This document shows positions 24,101 through 37,123 of a DNA stretch of 64,000 bases, in pieces. Within the stretch, counting starts at the first letter, position 1, and every line of letters starts with the position of its first letter. The notes beneath the pieces were generated by a model. The model searched no databases, was not told where the DNA came from, and saw nothing but the letters and a program-made list of their open reading frames with translations. Both the position numbers and the translations under genes were made by a program. The stretch covers positions 2,666,001 through 2,730,000 of the forward strand of contig NC_135767.1 of assembly GCF_052425735.1 (NCBI RefSeq). The letters are read 5' to 3'. Origin of the DNA: Oculina patagonica (taxonomy: Eukaryota).

Positions 24101-27100
24101 GTGCTGTTTACTATGCTGTACAAAATATCAAAATAGTAAAAAACCACCCATTCAAATAAAAGCCATTGAGCAGAACTTTTATCTGAAGCCGCCAAATTAA
24201 ATTTGGTTTTTTTCTCATTTTAACTTGGGTGTTCTAGGTAATGAAGGGCCAAAGATGAATTGAAGAGTTGTCAATTTAACTTCGTCAGATATCAGTTAAA
24301 ATTTAACCATTTCTCAGTTCTCAGTTTGCACTGAAAAAGAGATAAATGCAAGCCGGCCGAAAACAGTTGAAAAAACTATAGCTGAACAATTAACGCCATT
24401 TCGTTACTAAGCAATCAGTTCTCAACGGAAAAATTCTACTTTAACGAACCGTAAATCAAACGACTTTCGAGCGCTGAAGCGGCCTGGCGTCCGAGAAACG
24501 CATTACAACTGTTGTCCCGAAAAGGAACGAACAAAAACTGCAAAATAATGTAAAGGAAAATGAAACGAAAAGCTTTCTGATGTTTTGATACGAGGGAATA
24601 TGAGCGCGCTAATGAATTTATGTCTTCAACAGCCGTTGAATATGGGTTTAAAATGCGTTTGCTGGTGAAACTCGGGCATAAGTTTTTTAAGTCGTTTACC
24701 GCGATATTTACCAGTAAAAATATACTTTTTAAATTGCCAGAAACGATCATTTTGGTCCCGGATTGTTTTTTCGGTGTAATTTCCCGAAAGAATATGCGCT
24801 TTTAATTCAATGCACAATGTTATAACGGGATGTTTATACCAACCTTTTCTGGTGTCAGTAAACCTTTCTTGGTTAAAGTTTGCTTCTACGCCAAAAAGTC
24901 AAAAGTCATCGTAAGAGATTTTGATCAAGAGTTCTTTGCAACTCCAAAAGCTTCTGTCAACTCCGCATCCAACCTCTTCGGCGCTGCTATACACTGAACC
25001 CTGATTTCTTGTGCTGCCAATAATCAATGAATTTGAATAAAGATTATTCAATAAAACCGCTCGTTATTGGCGAAAGAGCTTTTCAATGCAGTTCGCACAT
25101 TTACTGTTATATTAACTAGACCGCTCGTCTAATTGCCTTCATTGAATGAAAACACTCAAATATTGTTTCTTTAGCGCCACACGGTGTTCAAACATTTTCT
25201 ATTCAAACAGAACTTTACTCGGCGCTACAATACAATGAGCATAATCAGTCGGAAAAAAACTAAAAATGAAAAGGAATTACTTTGATCTTTCTGAAAGCGC
25301 GAAAACTTCGGTGTATTAAAGCGAGGTATAATTTAAGGCTATTCATTTATCGCCAAATTATTTTTATAGAAAATTATTTTAGCGACTTTTCGGCGATTTA
25401 CAAACTTACATTAGCAAACACGGTAATTTTTTTTTCAATAAATCATCTTAAGTAGATTTTTCTTTTTCTTTTTTAAATATTTTTGCAAATCACTCGGTCG
25501 AGTTTCGTTTTCAGTTGTTATTTTTTATTATCAACAACTTCTAACCAACCAACTCTAAGCTTTTTAGATCCGTATTTTCCCCAATTTCAAATCAAAAACT
25601 GCAAGCCCTCCCGTCTCTGACCAATAAATCCCTCAATTTTTTAAATAAGCTCCGTCCCTATTTTAAAGTCCTAAAATCGTTTCCCGTGAAAAATTATTAG
25701 GTGCAAAAAATCAAGCTTTAAATTACACCTTCTTTAAAAATACAGACTCTTTCACGCTTTTATAACAGACAAACATTAACTTCTTTTGATCTCTTAACTT
25801 GCCCGTCTGACATGTCTGATTGTGCTAATTGTAATGTTGCGCCAAACGACTTTTCGGCGATTAGCAGCCGTGGCAGTAATTATTATTTAGAGTCGTTAAA
25901 TTTTCTTAATAGTTTATATTATTGCTGAAATTATTGCTGTTGCTTGAATTTCTTTTAAGTTCTTTAAATACTGAAAATTTTCGTTAAATGTTGGCAGTCT
26001 GAGTATAGTGGCTTAAAACATACTCCCCTTTCATTAAGCACCCCTCCTCTACCCTCCACGGTATTTTGCAAAGCCTTTTTGACATTAAAATAATTCGTGC
26101 TGAAGGAAGTGTGACCATATTTTCAAGTTTTATACAGTTAAGGCTTAACAATTCTGAATAGGCGACCGGATTTCCTAAATGTGAAAACTTTATAATAAAA
26201 CAGACTCTGATATTAATTGGACTCTCCTACACCCTCCAGCATTCAATCGATATATTTTTCATTTCTTTTCCTCGGAATTTCGAAAACTATTCCTTCATTA
26301 CAAGAGACAAGTTGGATAGATAGGGGATACGAAAAAGTGTGTGCTGAATACGCAATTTCTTAATCATAAATGCTTTCCCTACGTATTCCTGCTGAGACAT
26401 TCGTTTTGCTGTTATTAGCGACTTTGCGCATTTGGCCGAGGTGAGACTGGGACGAATAATTCATGATACCTAGAAAAAATGTTGTGTATTCAACAGCAAG
26501 CGGCGTGGTACAGTCCTAAGAACATTCGCCTTGAAGCGGTTGGTCTGGGTTCAAACCCTGTAGTTGCAAATATTAGGTAATAAAACAAAACTGCAAAAAA
26601 TCAAATTAGGTGAGTAAGTGTAATAAGATAAAAGTAAAAAAATGTAAAGTTGAAAATAATGGTAGAGGCTAGATTAAGGGTAACGGAAGCGTAACCACAG
26701 GGGGAGGGGAGGAGGATTCATGCAGAAGGGTATTCATACTCTGGGGCAATTGAGCGGGACAGATTGGGAGCAGGAAACGGAAGGGGTACTATACGCAAAG
26801 TAAGACAGAAACGTTAACGTCGCCGTAAGGTGGAGGGGAACCGGTAAATAAAAGTAATAAGAAGACGTGTGGGAATGGGGTTCGTGGTAAAGGGGGAACG
26901 AGGCAAAGATAAAGGAACTTAAAAAATTAAATGTGCACAAGACTACGTTATTACTTTTTGCTACATTTTTTATTTACCCGTTACCTTACATTGGCGGTGC
27001 GTACTGCAAAACGCGTTCAAAGTTCTGAGTTTTAAGAAAGAAAAGCAATGTGTTCTCAAAAATACAATAAGACTGTTTAAATTATGTAGAAAACACAACG

Positions 27101-27237
27101 ACCACCTTAAAAACAGGAACTGAGCCCTCTCTCTTATATTATATAGTATCAAGAATGGATAAAAAGTAACCATGGTTAGATGTACCTAATTGAAAAAACG
27201 TTAAAAAGCATAAGCCCTGGACGAAACGACCAATGTT

Positions 27238-30200
27238 TTTGGATCGTATGGATATTTTTGGATCGTATGGATGTGTTTAAATCATATGGATGTGTTTGGA
27301 TCGTATGGACGTGTTTGGATCGTATGGTTGTGTCAGGATCGTATGGATGTGTTTGGATCGTATAGATGTGATTGGATCGTATGGATGTGTTTGGATCGTA
27401 TGGATGTACTTGGATCGTATGGATGCGTTTGGATCGTATGGATGTGTTTGGATCGTATGAATGCGTTTGGATCGTATGGTGTGTTTGGATCGTATGGATG
27501 TGTTTGCATCGTATGGATGTGTCTGGCTCGTATGGGTGTGTTTGGATCCAATGGATGTGTTTGGATCGTATGGATGTGTCTGGATCGTATGGATGTGTCT
27601 CGATCGTATGGATGTCTTTGGATCGTATGGATGTGTCTGGATCGTATGGATGTGTTTGGATCGTATGGATGTGTCTGGATCGTATGGATGAGTTTGGATC
27701 GTATGGGTGTGTCTGGATCGTATGGATGTGTTTGGATCGTGTAGATGCGTTTGGATCGTGTGGATGCGTTTGGATCGTATGGATGTGTTTGGATCGTATG
27801 GATGCGTTTGGATCGTATGGATGTGTCTGGATCGTATGGATGTGTTTGAATCGTATGGATGTGTCTGGATCGTATGGATGTGTTTGGATCGTATGGATGA
27901 GTTTGGATCGTATGGATGTGTTTGGATCGTATGGATGTGTTTGGATCGTATGGATGGGGTTGGATCGTATGGATGTGTCTGGATCGTATGGATGGGTTTG
28001 GATCGTATGGATGTGTTTGGATCGTATGGATGTGTCTGGATCGTATGGATGTGTTTGGATCGTATGGATGTGTCTGGATTGTATGGATGTGTCTGGATCG
28101 TATGGGTGTGTCTGGATCGTATGGATGTGTCTGGATCGTGTGGATGCGTTTGGATCGTGTGGATGCGTTTGGATCGTATGGATGTGTCTGGATCGTATGG
28201 ATGCGTTTGGATCGTATGGATGTGTCTGGATCGTATGGATGTGTTTGGATCGTATGGATGTGTTTGGATCGTATGGATGTGTTTGGATCGTATGGATGTG
28301 TCTGGATCGTATGGATGTGTTTGGATCGTATGGATGTGTTTGGATCGTATGGATGTGTTTGGATCGTATGGATGTGTTTGGATCGTATGGATGGGTTTGG
28401 ATCGTATGGATGTGTCTGGATCGTATGGATGGGTTTGGATCGTATGGATGTGTTTGGATCGTATGGATGTGTTTGGATCGTATGGATGTGTCTGGATTGT
28501 ATGGATGTGTCTGGATCGTATGGGTGTGTCTGGATCGTATGGATGTGTTTGGAACGTATGGATGTGTTTGGAACGTATGGATGTGTTTGGATCGTATGGA
28601 TGTGTCTGGATCGCATGGATGTGTCTGGATCGCATGGGTGTGTTTGGATCGTATGGATGTGTTTGGATCGTATGGATGTGTCTGGATCGTATGGATGTGT
28701 CTGAATCGTATGGATGTGTTTGGATCGTATGGATGTGTTTGGATCGTATGGATGTGTCTGGATTGTATGGATGTGTCTGGATCGTATGGATGTGTTTGGA
28801 TCGTATGGATGTGTCTGGATCGTATGGGTGTGTTTGGATCGTATGGATGTGTTTGGATTGTATGGATGTGTCTGGATCGTATGGATGTGTCTGGATCGTA
28901 TGGATGGGTTTGGATCGTATGGATGTGTTTGGATCGTATGGATGTGTTTGGATCGTATGGATGTGTTTGGATCGTATGGATGTGTCTGGATTGTATGGAT
29001 GTGTCTGGATCGTATGGGTGTGTCTGGATCGTATGGATGTGTTTGGATCGTATGGATGTGTTTGGAACGTATGGATGTGTCTGGATCGTATGGATGTGTT
29101 TGGATCGTATGGATGTTTCTGGATCGTATGGGTGTGTTTGGATCGTATGGATGTGTTTGGATCGTATGGATGTGTCTGGATCGTATGGATGTGTCTGGAA
29201 CGTATGGATGTGTCTGAATCGTATGGATGTGTTTGGATCGTATGGATGTGTTTGGATCGTATGGATGTGTCTGGATTGTATGGATGTGTCTGGATCGTAT
29301 GGGTGTGTCTGGATCGTATGGATGTGTCTGGATCGTATGGATGTGTTTGGAACGTATGGATGTGTTTGGATCGTATGGATGTGTCTGGATCGCATGGATG
29401 TGTCTGGATCGTATGGATGTGTCTGGATCGTATGGTTATGTTTGGATCGTATGGATGAGTCTGGATCGTAAGGATGTGTTTGGATCGTATGGATGATGTG
29501 TTTGGATGGTATGGTTGTATGGATGTGTCTGGATCGTATGGATGTGTTTGGATCGTATGGATGTGTTTGGATCGTATGGATGTGTTTGGATCGTATGGAT
29601 GTGTTTGGATCGTATGGATGTGTCTGGATCGTATGGATGTGTTTGGATCGTATGGATGTGTTTGGATCGTATGGATGTGTTTGGATCGTATGGATGTGTC
29701 TGGATCGTATGGATGTGTCTGGATCGTTTGGGTGTGTCTGGATCGTATGGATGTGTCTGGATCGTATGGATGTGTTTGGAACGTATGGATGTGTTTGGAT
29801 CGTGTGGATGTGTCTGGATCGCATGGATGTGTCTGGATCGTATGGATGTGTCTGGATCGTAAGGAAGTGTTTTTGGATCGTATGGATGTGTTTGGATCGT
29901 ATGGATGTGTTTGGATCGTATATGGATGTGTCTGGATCGTATGGATATCTTTGGACCGTATGGATGAGTCTGGATCGTATGGATGAGTCTGGGTCGTATG
30001 GATGTGTTTGGATCGTATGGATGTGTTTGGATCGTATGGATGTGTCTGGATCGTATGGATGAGTTTGGATCGTATGGATGTGTTTGGATCGTATATGGAT
30101 GTGTCTGGATCGTATGGATATCTTTGGACCGTATGGATGAGTCTGTATCGTATGGATGTGTCTGGATCGTATGGATGAGAGTGGGTCGTATGGATGTGTT

Positions 30201-33016
30201 TGGATCGTATGGATGTGTTTGGATCGTATGGATGTGTTTAAATGGTATGGATGTGTCTGGATCGTATGGTTATGTTTGGATCGTATGGATTAGTCTGGAT
30301 CGTAAGGATGTGTTTGGATCGTATGGATGATGTGTTTGGATCGTATGGATGAGTCTGGATCGTAAGGAAGTGTTTTTGGATCGTATGGATGTGTTTGGAT
30401 CGTATGGATGTGTTTGGATCGTATGGATGTGTTTGGATCGTATGGATGAGTCTGGGTCGTATGGATGTGTCTGGATCGTATGGATGAGTTTGGATCGTAT
30501 GGATGTGTCTGTATCGTATGGATGTGTCTGGATCGTATGAATGTGTTTGGATCGTATGGATGTGTCTGGATCGTATGAATGTGTTTGGATCGTATGAATG
30601 TGTTTGGATCGTATGAATGTGTTTGGATCGTATGGATGTGTTTGGATCGTATGGATGAGTTTGGATCGTATGGATGAGTTTGGATCGTATGGATGTGTTT
30701 GGATCGTATGGATGTGTTTGGATCGTATGGATGTGTTTGGATCGTATGGATGTGTTTGGATCGTATGGATGTGTTTGGATCGTATGGATGTGTCTGGATC
30801 GTATGGATGTGTTTGGATCGTATATGGATGTGTCTTTGGATCGTATGGATGTGTTTGGATTGTATGGATATCTTTGGACCGTATGGATGAGTTTCGATCG
30901 TATGGATGTGTCTGGATCGTATGGATGTGTTTGGATCGTATGGATGTGTTTGGATCGTGTGGATGTGTCTGGATCGTATGGATGTGTTTGGATCGTGTGG
31001 ATGTGTCTGGATCGTATGGATGAGTTTGGATCGTATGGATGTGTCTGGATCGTAAGGATGTGTTTGGATCGTATGGGTGTGTCTGGATCGTATGGATGTG
31101 TCTGGAACGTATGGAGGTGTTTGGATCGTATGAATGTGTTTGGATCCTATGGGTGTGTCTGGATCGTATGGATGTGTCTGGATCGTATGGATGTGTTTGG
31201 ATCGTATGGATGTGTCTGGATCGTATGGATGTGTTTGGATCGTATATGGATGTGTCTTTGGATCGTATGGATGTGTTTGGATTGTATGGATATCTTTGGA
31301 CCGTATGGATGAGTTTCGATCGTATGGATGTGTCTGGATCGTATGGATGTGTTTGGATCGTATGGTTGTGTTTGGATCGTGTGGATGTGTCTGGATCGTA
31401 TGGATGTGTTTGGATCGTATGGATGTGTTTGGATCGTATGGGTGTGTCTGGATCGTATGGATGTGTCTGGAACGTATGGAGGTGTTTGGATCGTATGAAT
31501 GTGTTTGGATCCTATGGGTGTGTCTGGATCGTAAGGATGTGTTTGGATCGTATGGGTGTGTCTGGATCGTATGGATGTGTCTGGAACGTATGGAGGTGTT
31601 TGGATCGTATGAATGTGTTTGGATCCTATGGGTGTGTCTGGATCGTATGGATGTGTCTGGATCGTATGGAGGTGTTTGGATCGTATGAATGTGTCTGGAT
31701 CGTATTTGTGTGTCTGGATCGTATGAATGTGTCTGTATCGTATGGATGTCTTTGGATGGTATGGAGGTGTTTGGATCGTATTGCTGTGTCTTGATCGTAT
31801 GGATATGTTTGGATCGTATGGATGTGTTTGGATCGTATGGATGTGTCTGGATCGTATGGATGTGTTTGGATCGTATGGATGATGTCTCTGAATCGTATGG
31901 ATGATGTGTTTGGATCGTATGGTTGTATTTCGATCGTATGGAATGTGTTTGGATCGTATGGATGATGTGTTTGGATCTTATGGAATGTGTTTGGATCGTA
32001 TGGATGATGTGTTTGGATCGTATGGATGTGTTTGAATCGTATGGATGTTTCTGGATCGTGTGGATGTGTTTGGATCGTATGGATGTGTCTGGATCGTATG
32101 GATGTGTTTGGATCGTATGGATGTGTTTGGATCGTATGGGTGTGTCTGGATCGTATGGATGTGTCTGGAACGTATGGAGGTGTTTGGATCGTATGAATGT
32201 GTTTGGATCCTATGGGTGTGTCTGGATCGTAAGGATGTGTTTGGATCGTATGGGTGTGTCTGGATCGTATGGATGTGTCTGGAACGTATGGAGGTGTTTG
32301 GATCGTATGAATGTGTTTGGATCCTATGGGTGTGTCTGGATCGTATGGATGTGTCTGGATCGTATGGAGGTGTTTGGATCGTATGAATGTGTCTGGATCG
32401 TATTTGTGTGTCTGGATCGTATGAATGTGTCTGTATCGTATGGATGTCTTTGGATGGTATGGAGGTGTTTGGATCGTATTGCTGTGTCTTGATCGTATGG
32501 ATATGTTTGGATCGTATGGATGTGTTTGGATCGTATGGATGTGTCTGGATCGTATGGATGTGTTTGGATCGTATGGATGATGTCTCTGAATCGTATGGAT
32601 GATGTGTTTGGATCGTATGGTTGTATTTCGATCGTATGGAATGTGTTTGGATCGTATGGATGATGTGTTTGGATCTTATGGAATGTGTTTGGATCGTATG
32701 GATGATGTGTTTGGATCGTATGGATGTGTTTGAATCGTATGGATGTTTCTGGATCGTGTGGATGTGTTTGGATCGTATGGATGTGTCTGGATCGTATGGA
32801 TGTGTTTGGATCGTATTGATGTGTCTGGATCGTATGGATGTGTTTGGATCGTATGGATGTGTTTGGATCGTATGGATGATGTGTTTGGATCGTATGTATG
32901 TGTCTGGATCGTATGGATGTGTTTGGATCGTATGGATGTGTCTGGATCGTATGGATGTGTTTGGATCGTATGGGTGTGTCTGGATCGTATGGATGTGTCT
33001 GGATCGTATGGATGTT
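27238..33016. repeat. 19-bp satellite/minisatellite, consensus GGATCGTATGGATGTGT(T/C)T, about 300 copies
   Basis: Directly visible tandem array, with internal 422-bp and 698-bp higher-order duplications in the right half. Confidence 0.98.
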
Positions 33017-33429
33017 TGTTCAAATCGATATCGCTTGAACACTCAAAGATTAATTTCATATCTCCGCGCAATCATGTATTATCTTGTATATAAAAGAGAT
33101 TAGGAGAAGTTTTCTTTGACCCCTAAAAATAAAAGAGACCAATTTTCATGCTTGATCGATCTAGACCGCCAACGTATTGTGAAGGCGTTTTTTATTACTT
33201 TTTTGTGCAGCATTAAGCGAGACCTTGACTGTTAAAAATATTATTATTCTGTCCTGAACACCTTAAATGAGACCAAAGGGACACGACGAGCATCCCTGTC
33301 CCATTCATATGAGAGTCTTCCCTCTCTCCCCCCACCCCTTTTCCCGGGCTTCTACACTAAAAGCTTTACTGAAATACCTTAAGAGTTATCACGATATGAC
33401 TGCTGTGAGCAATTGAAAATGAAACCCTT

Positions 33430-35598
33430 TGTGTATATTTTTAACCCCAAAAGTACGAGAAATATTCTTGCATTTTAGCAGTCACTGCCGGTGGTAAAGG
33501 TGACGAATTACGTAACAGAAGCGCGCACGTGTTCAATGCACGTGAATCTGGTATTAAAAGAAGAAAAAATATTCAGTTCTCAAACCTTTCGTTTCTTGCA
33601 GCAAAAATGATGCAACATTTTAAGGGCGCTGCGTGTATTAATCAAACATCTTGTACTGTATAGCATACTGGCATGTTGCCGCTGCTTTGCTAACCGCATA
33701 GGAACTGTTCAATGATACAGGCTGGAACTGTTAACCCACGATATTTTTCACACCCTTTAACAGAGTTGGTCTTACTGTAGTCCTGTTAGTCCTTCACTTT
33801 GACTGTGCGCAAAATAAAACACGGTAAAAGGCTGGAAATGCGGGAAATTAAGAAAACCCTGTTGGATTTCCAAAATACAGCAAACTAATAAAAATGTTGA
33901 GATGTAACGGCGGAAAGCGCAACACGGTAAACGCGGTGACGGTGTCACCATGCATCTTGAAAACAGAATCTTCTCCTTGTTCGATTTCCCACCTTTTTAC
34001 CATACATCAGCCAGGTCGTGCAATGCCCAAGTTATGATAATTTATTTTCATCGCTACAGTACGCCAAGTTTAATTTTTCAGTGCTACAAAATGGCTAACC
34101 AATGCACTGCACACAGATAAGCAGCATAGTCAAAACAGACATTTATCCCTACTTATTCGTTGCCGTCTGAAAAGAAACGAGATAAACAAAAATTGTAAAG
34201 CCCACTCTGCTATGTTGTGGTCCGGGGTGGGGAGGGTGGGGGCTCCTCTCGACAATTTTAAGGGAACTTCTGAAAGAATCTTGTGTTTCGAACGTGGCTC
34301 TAGGCCCCAAAGGTATAAGTGTACCAAATACCAAGATCTTGCAGAGCGAAACAGTGTAAAGATTTCTCATTTCAATGGTGTTCTCTTCATTTCTACTCGC
34401 ACAGGCTAAGTGCCCTTGTTTGAAACACCTTAAAAGGATACCGTAAAGAACATTTCTGAAACGAACATCCTCAGGGGGGAACAGTATTTTTAACCCTTAA
34501 AATACGACAAGCATCCATTTCAAACATCTGTTGCAAGTTGATAGTGGATTACATAATATATGACTGAACTGCACGTGCATGATACATGTGAATTTGTTTT
34601 ATAACTTTTACTTTCTTTAGATGTACATTTTTAACCCCCAAAGTACGACAAATATTCCTGCATTTCAGCAGTCAGTGGTACAGGTGACGGATTACATAAC
34701 AGAAGCGCGCACGTGAACAATGCACGTGTATCTTATAAGGGAGGAAAAAAATCATTTCTCAAACCTTTCGTTTCTTGCAACAAAAATGGTGCAAAATTAC
34801 TCCTTGTACTATATAAACAGCTGAAACTGTATATCATACTGACATGTTGTAGCTGCTTTGCTAACCGCATAGGAACTGTTTAATGAAACAGGCCTGAACT
34901 GTTAACCCACAATATTTGCCACACCCTCCAACAGAGTTTGGTCTTCCTGCTGTCGTGTTTGTTAGTCCTTTACTTTGTATGTGCGCAAAATAAAAGACGG
35001 TGAAAGGCTGGAAATCCGTAAAAGAAAAGAAAACCTGTGGAATCTAAAAATACTGTGTGACTCCAGTCGTAAAAATGTGGAGATGTGACAGCGTAAAGCG
35101 TTTTAACGCGTACCCTACTTTGTGAATTAAAATTTCAACGGTACGCGCGGTGTCCGTGCCACCATCTTGAAATTGTAGAACTTGTAGAACCCACTTAACG
35201 ATGTTGTGATCAGGGGGGAGGGTGGGGGCTACTGTCGACAACTTTAAAGGGAACTCTGAAAGTTATTAGAGTTTTGAGTTTCGAACGTGGCCCTAAAACC
35301 CCCAAGGTATAAGTATACCAAATACCAAGAACTCGCAGAGCGAAACAGTCTAACGATTTCCCATTTCAGTGCAGCTGTCCCAGGTTAACTGCCTCTGCTT
35401 GAAACACCTCAAAAGGATACGGTAAAGACCATTTAAAACGAACACCCTTAGGGGGAACAGTATTTTGTACCCTTAAAATACGACAAGCATCCATCCAAAA
35501 CATCTGTTACTGCAATTTGACAGTGGATTACATAATATATGACTGAACTGCACGTGCATTGTACACGTGAATTGGTTTTAGAACTTTAACTTTCTTTA
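33430..35598. repeat. Diverged tandem duplication (about 33430-34619 and about 34620-35598)
   Basis: Collinear shared blocks, e.g. TTTTTAACCCCxAAAGTACG, AGAAGCGCGCACGTG, CTAACCGCATAGGAACTG, GCAGAGCGAAACAGT and GTGGATTACATAATATATGACTGAACTGCACGTG. Confidence 0.9.
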
Positions 35599-36499
35599 AT
35601 AAGAGAAATTCTCTAGCATTACAGCACTTTAGCTTATAGTGCCAATACAATACCATTACAATGCACATAAATAGAACCATTCAATGTCAAAATATATAAA
35701 ATAAAATAGAAACCTGCTTTCAGGCAAGAATTCGAGTGAAATACTAAAGGAAGTTTGAAAAACACTTGAAGCTGCTATAACCAGACAGAAAAGAGTGCTT
35801 CTGTTAAACTAATCCAGACTACAGCGTCGTTGTAACTCAAGATATTTTTCACAGACTTAAGTGCAGGGGAGTAAAATAGCAAGTCTTCCCTCGGTGTCTC
35901 TCAAAGAATAGTTCACTGCTGCGGTTAACAAATTACTAATGAAGAGCAAGCCATTTTATAGTGATTTGTAGACCATAATAGCCTTTTCAAATTTGGCGGA
36001 TTTTTACCAACCAAGTTATCCGAAAAATTTATGTTTTCCCACGGTCAAAATCTATAAGCGCTCTCCTTAAAACTACAAAGCAACTCTCGCCAAATTATAA
36101 GCGCGCTTCATTAACTACAAAGCAATTTTTACTGTAAAGCATAAATAACTGACTCAAGTTCTTTCTTTGCTAAGCCACATAGTTATTGTAGGGCGGAATC
36201 GTTCATCGATGCATGAATGATGCAAGCCGGAACTGTTTAAATAATAAGCTTTCCCTGTAAAAGGCTGGTCTGTAAAGCTAGTTACAATAAACCTACCGCA
36301 GCAAAAAGGCTGCGTATTCATAGTGCTCCTCTTTAAGTTTTGAATTTATTTTTCTGACGTTCATATGTTCATGTCTATGGTCAAATCTCTAGGCGTTTTC
36401 ATCAGTAGTTTCTTCACTAGACAAACATCGCGCGCAGTGCTTAGAAGGCTGATAAGCCACAACTATGAACCAGACACGGCAAATAAGTTATGCCCAGTT

Positions 36500-37123
36500 T
36501 TAAGGCACCATAATAGTGTTTCTCCACCCGTGATTCAAAGTTAAAGACTTGCTTGACTTAGAAATTGTGTTCATGTTCAAATCCTCAGGAACTAGGCTGA
36601 TCATAGAAGCCCGCGTACCTCTACTGAGCGAAAGTTTGCTACGGCATTTTTGTAAAACGTCTTTAGCGGAGGAAAACCGGACATTGCTTTGACCGGAATT
36701 AGCAAGCTCAAAGTCCAAGGGTTCTGTTGTTTGCTTTTGGCGTTTGCTCCCCATCCACGCAGTTGGATCGCTAACCAAAGCCATTGCTTTCGCTTGGAGA
36801 ATCTGCGTCAACCATTCGTTTCTTTCCAACTCAGAGAAGCAACACAATAAAAACGTCCGAGCTGGGATCTTGGGCGATAATGACCTTTTGACGATTCTTA
36901 AACAGTACTTTATGTGCTTGTCTGGTAACTCATCAATATACAGTGACATATCGTTGAAGAATATAACCTCTTTAGGTGCGTCCTCTAACGATTCCTTCTC
37001 AGTTCGATAGTAGCACAAACATTCTTTGCTGAGGACAAAATAACGGCGATGCCATTGCTTCAGAACTTCGCTTTGCTTCAGTAGGTAGCCATCCTTTAAG
37101 GGTTTTCTGTACGCACCCTTCAT
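36500..37123 (-). CDS. Intronless single-PH-domain protein (paralog A)
   Basis: PH signature KDGYLLKQ...WHRRYFVL...LCYY...ERNEWLTQI. Start MKGAY chosen by alignment to paralog B; an in-frame upstream ATG exists at 37210. Confidence 0.9.
   Translation of the reverse strand: MKGAYRKPLKDGYLLKQSEVLKQWHRRYFVLSKECLCYYRTEKESLEDAPKEVIFFNDMSLYIDELPDKHIKYCLRIVKRSLSPKIPARTFLLCCFSELERNEWLTQILQAKAMALVSDPTAWMGSKRQKQTTEPLDFELANSGQSNVRFSSAKDVLQKCRSKLSLSRGTRASMISLVPEDLNMNTISKSSKSLTLNHGWRNTIMVP

Noticed and set aside
27238-33016. CRISPR-like array
   Set aside because: The units are contiguous with no unique spacers; no cas genes; eukaryotic context.
27176-33103. Many long ORFs (up to 882 aa) in all frames
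   Set aside because: They are artefacts of a 19-bp repeat without stop codons; the same peptide appears in all three frames.
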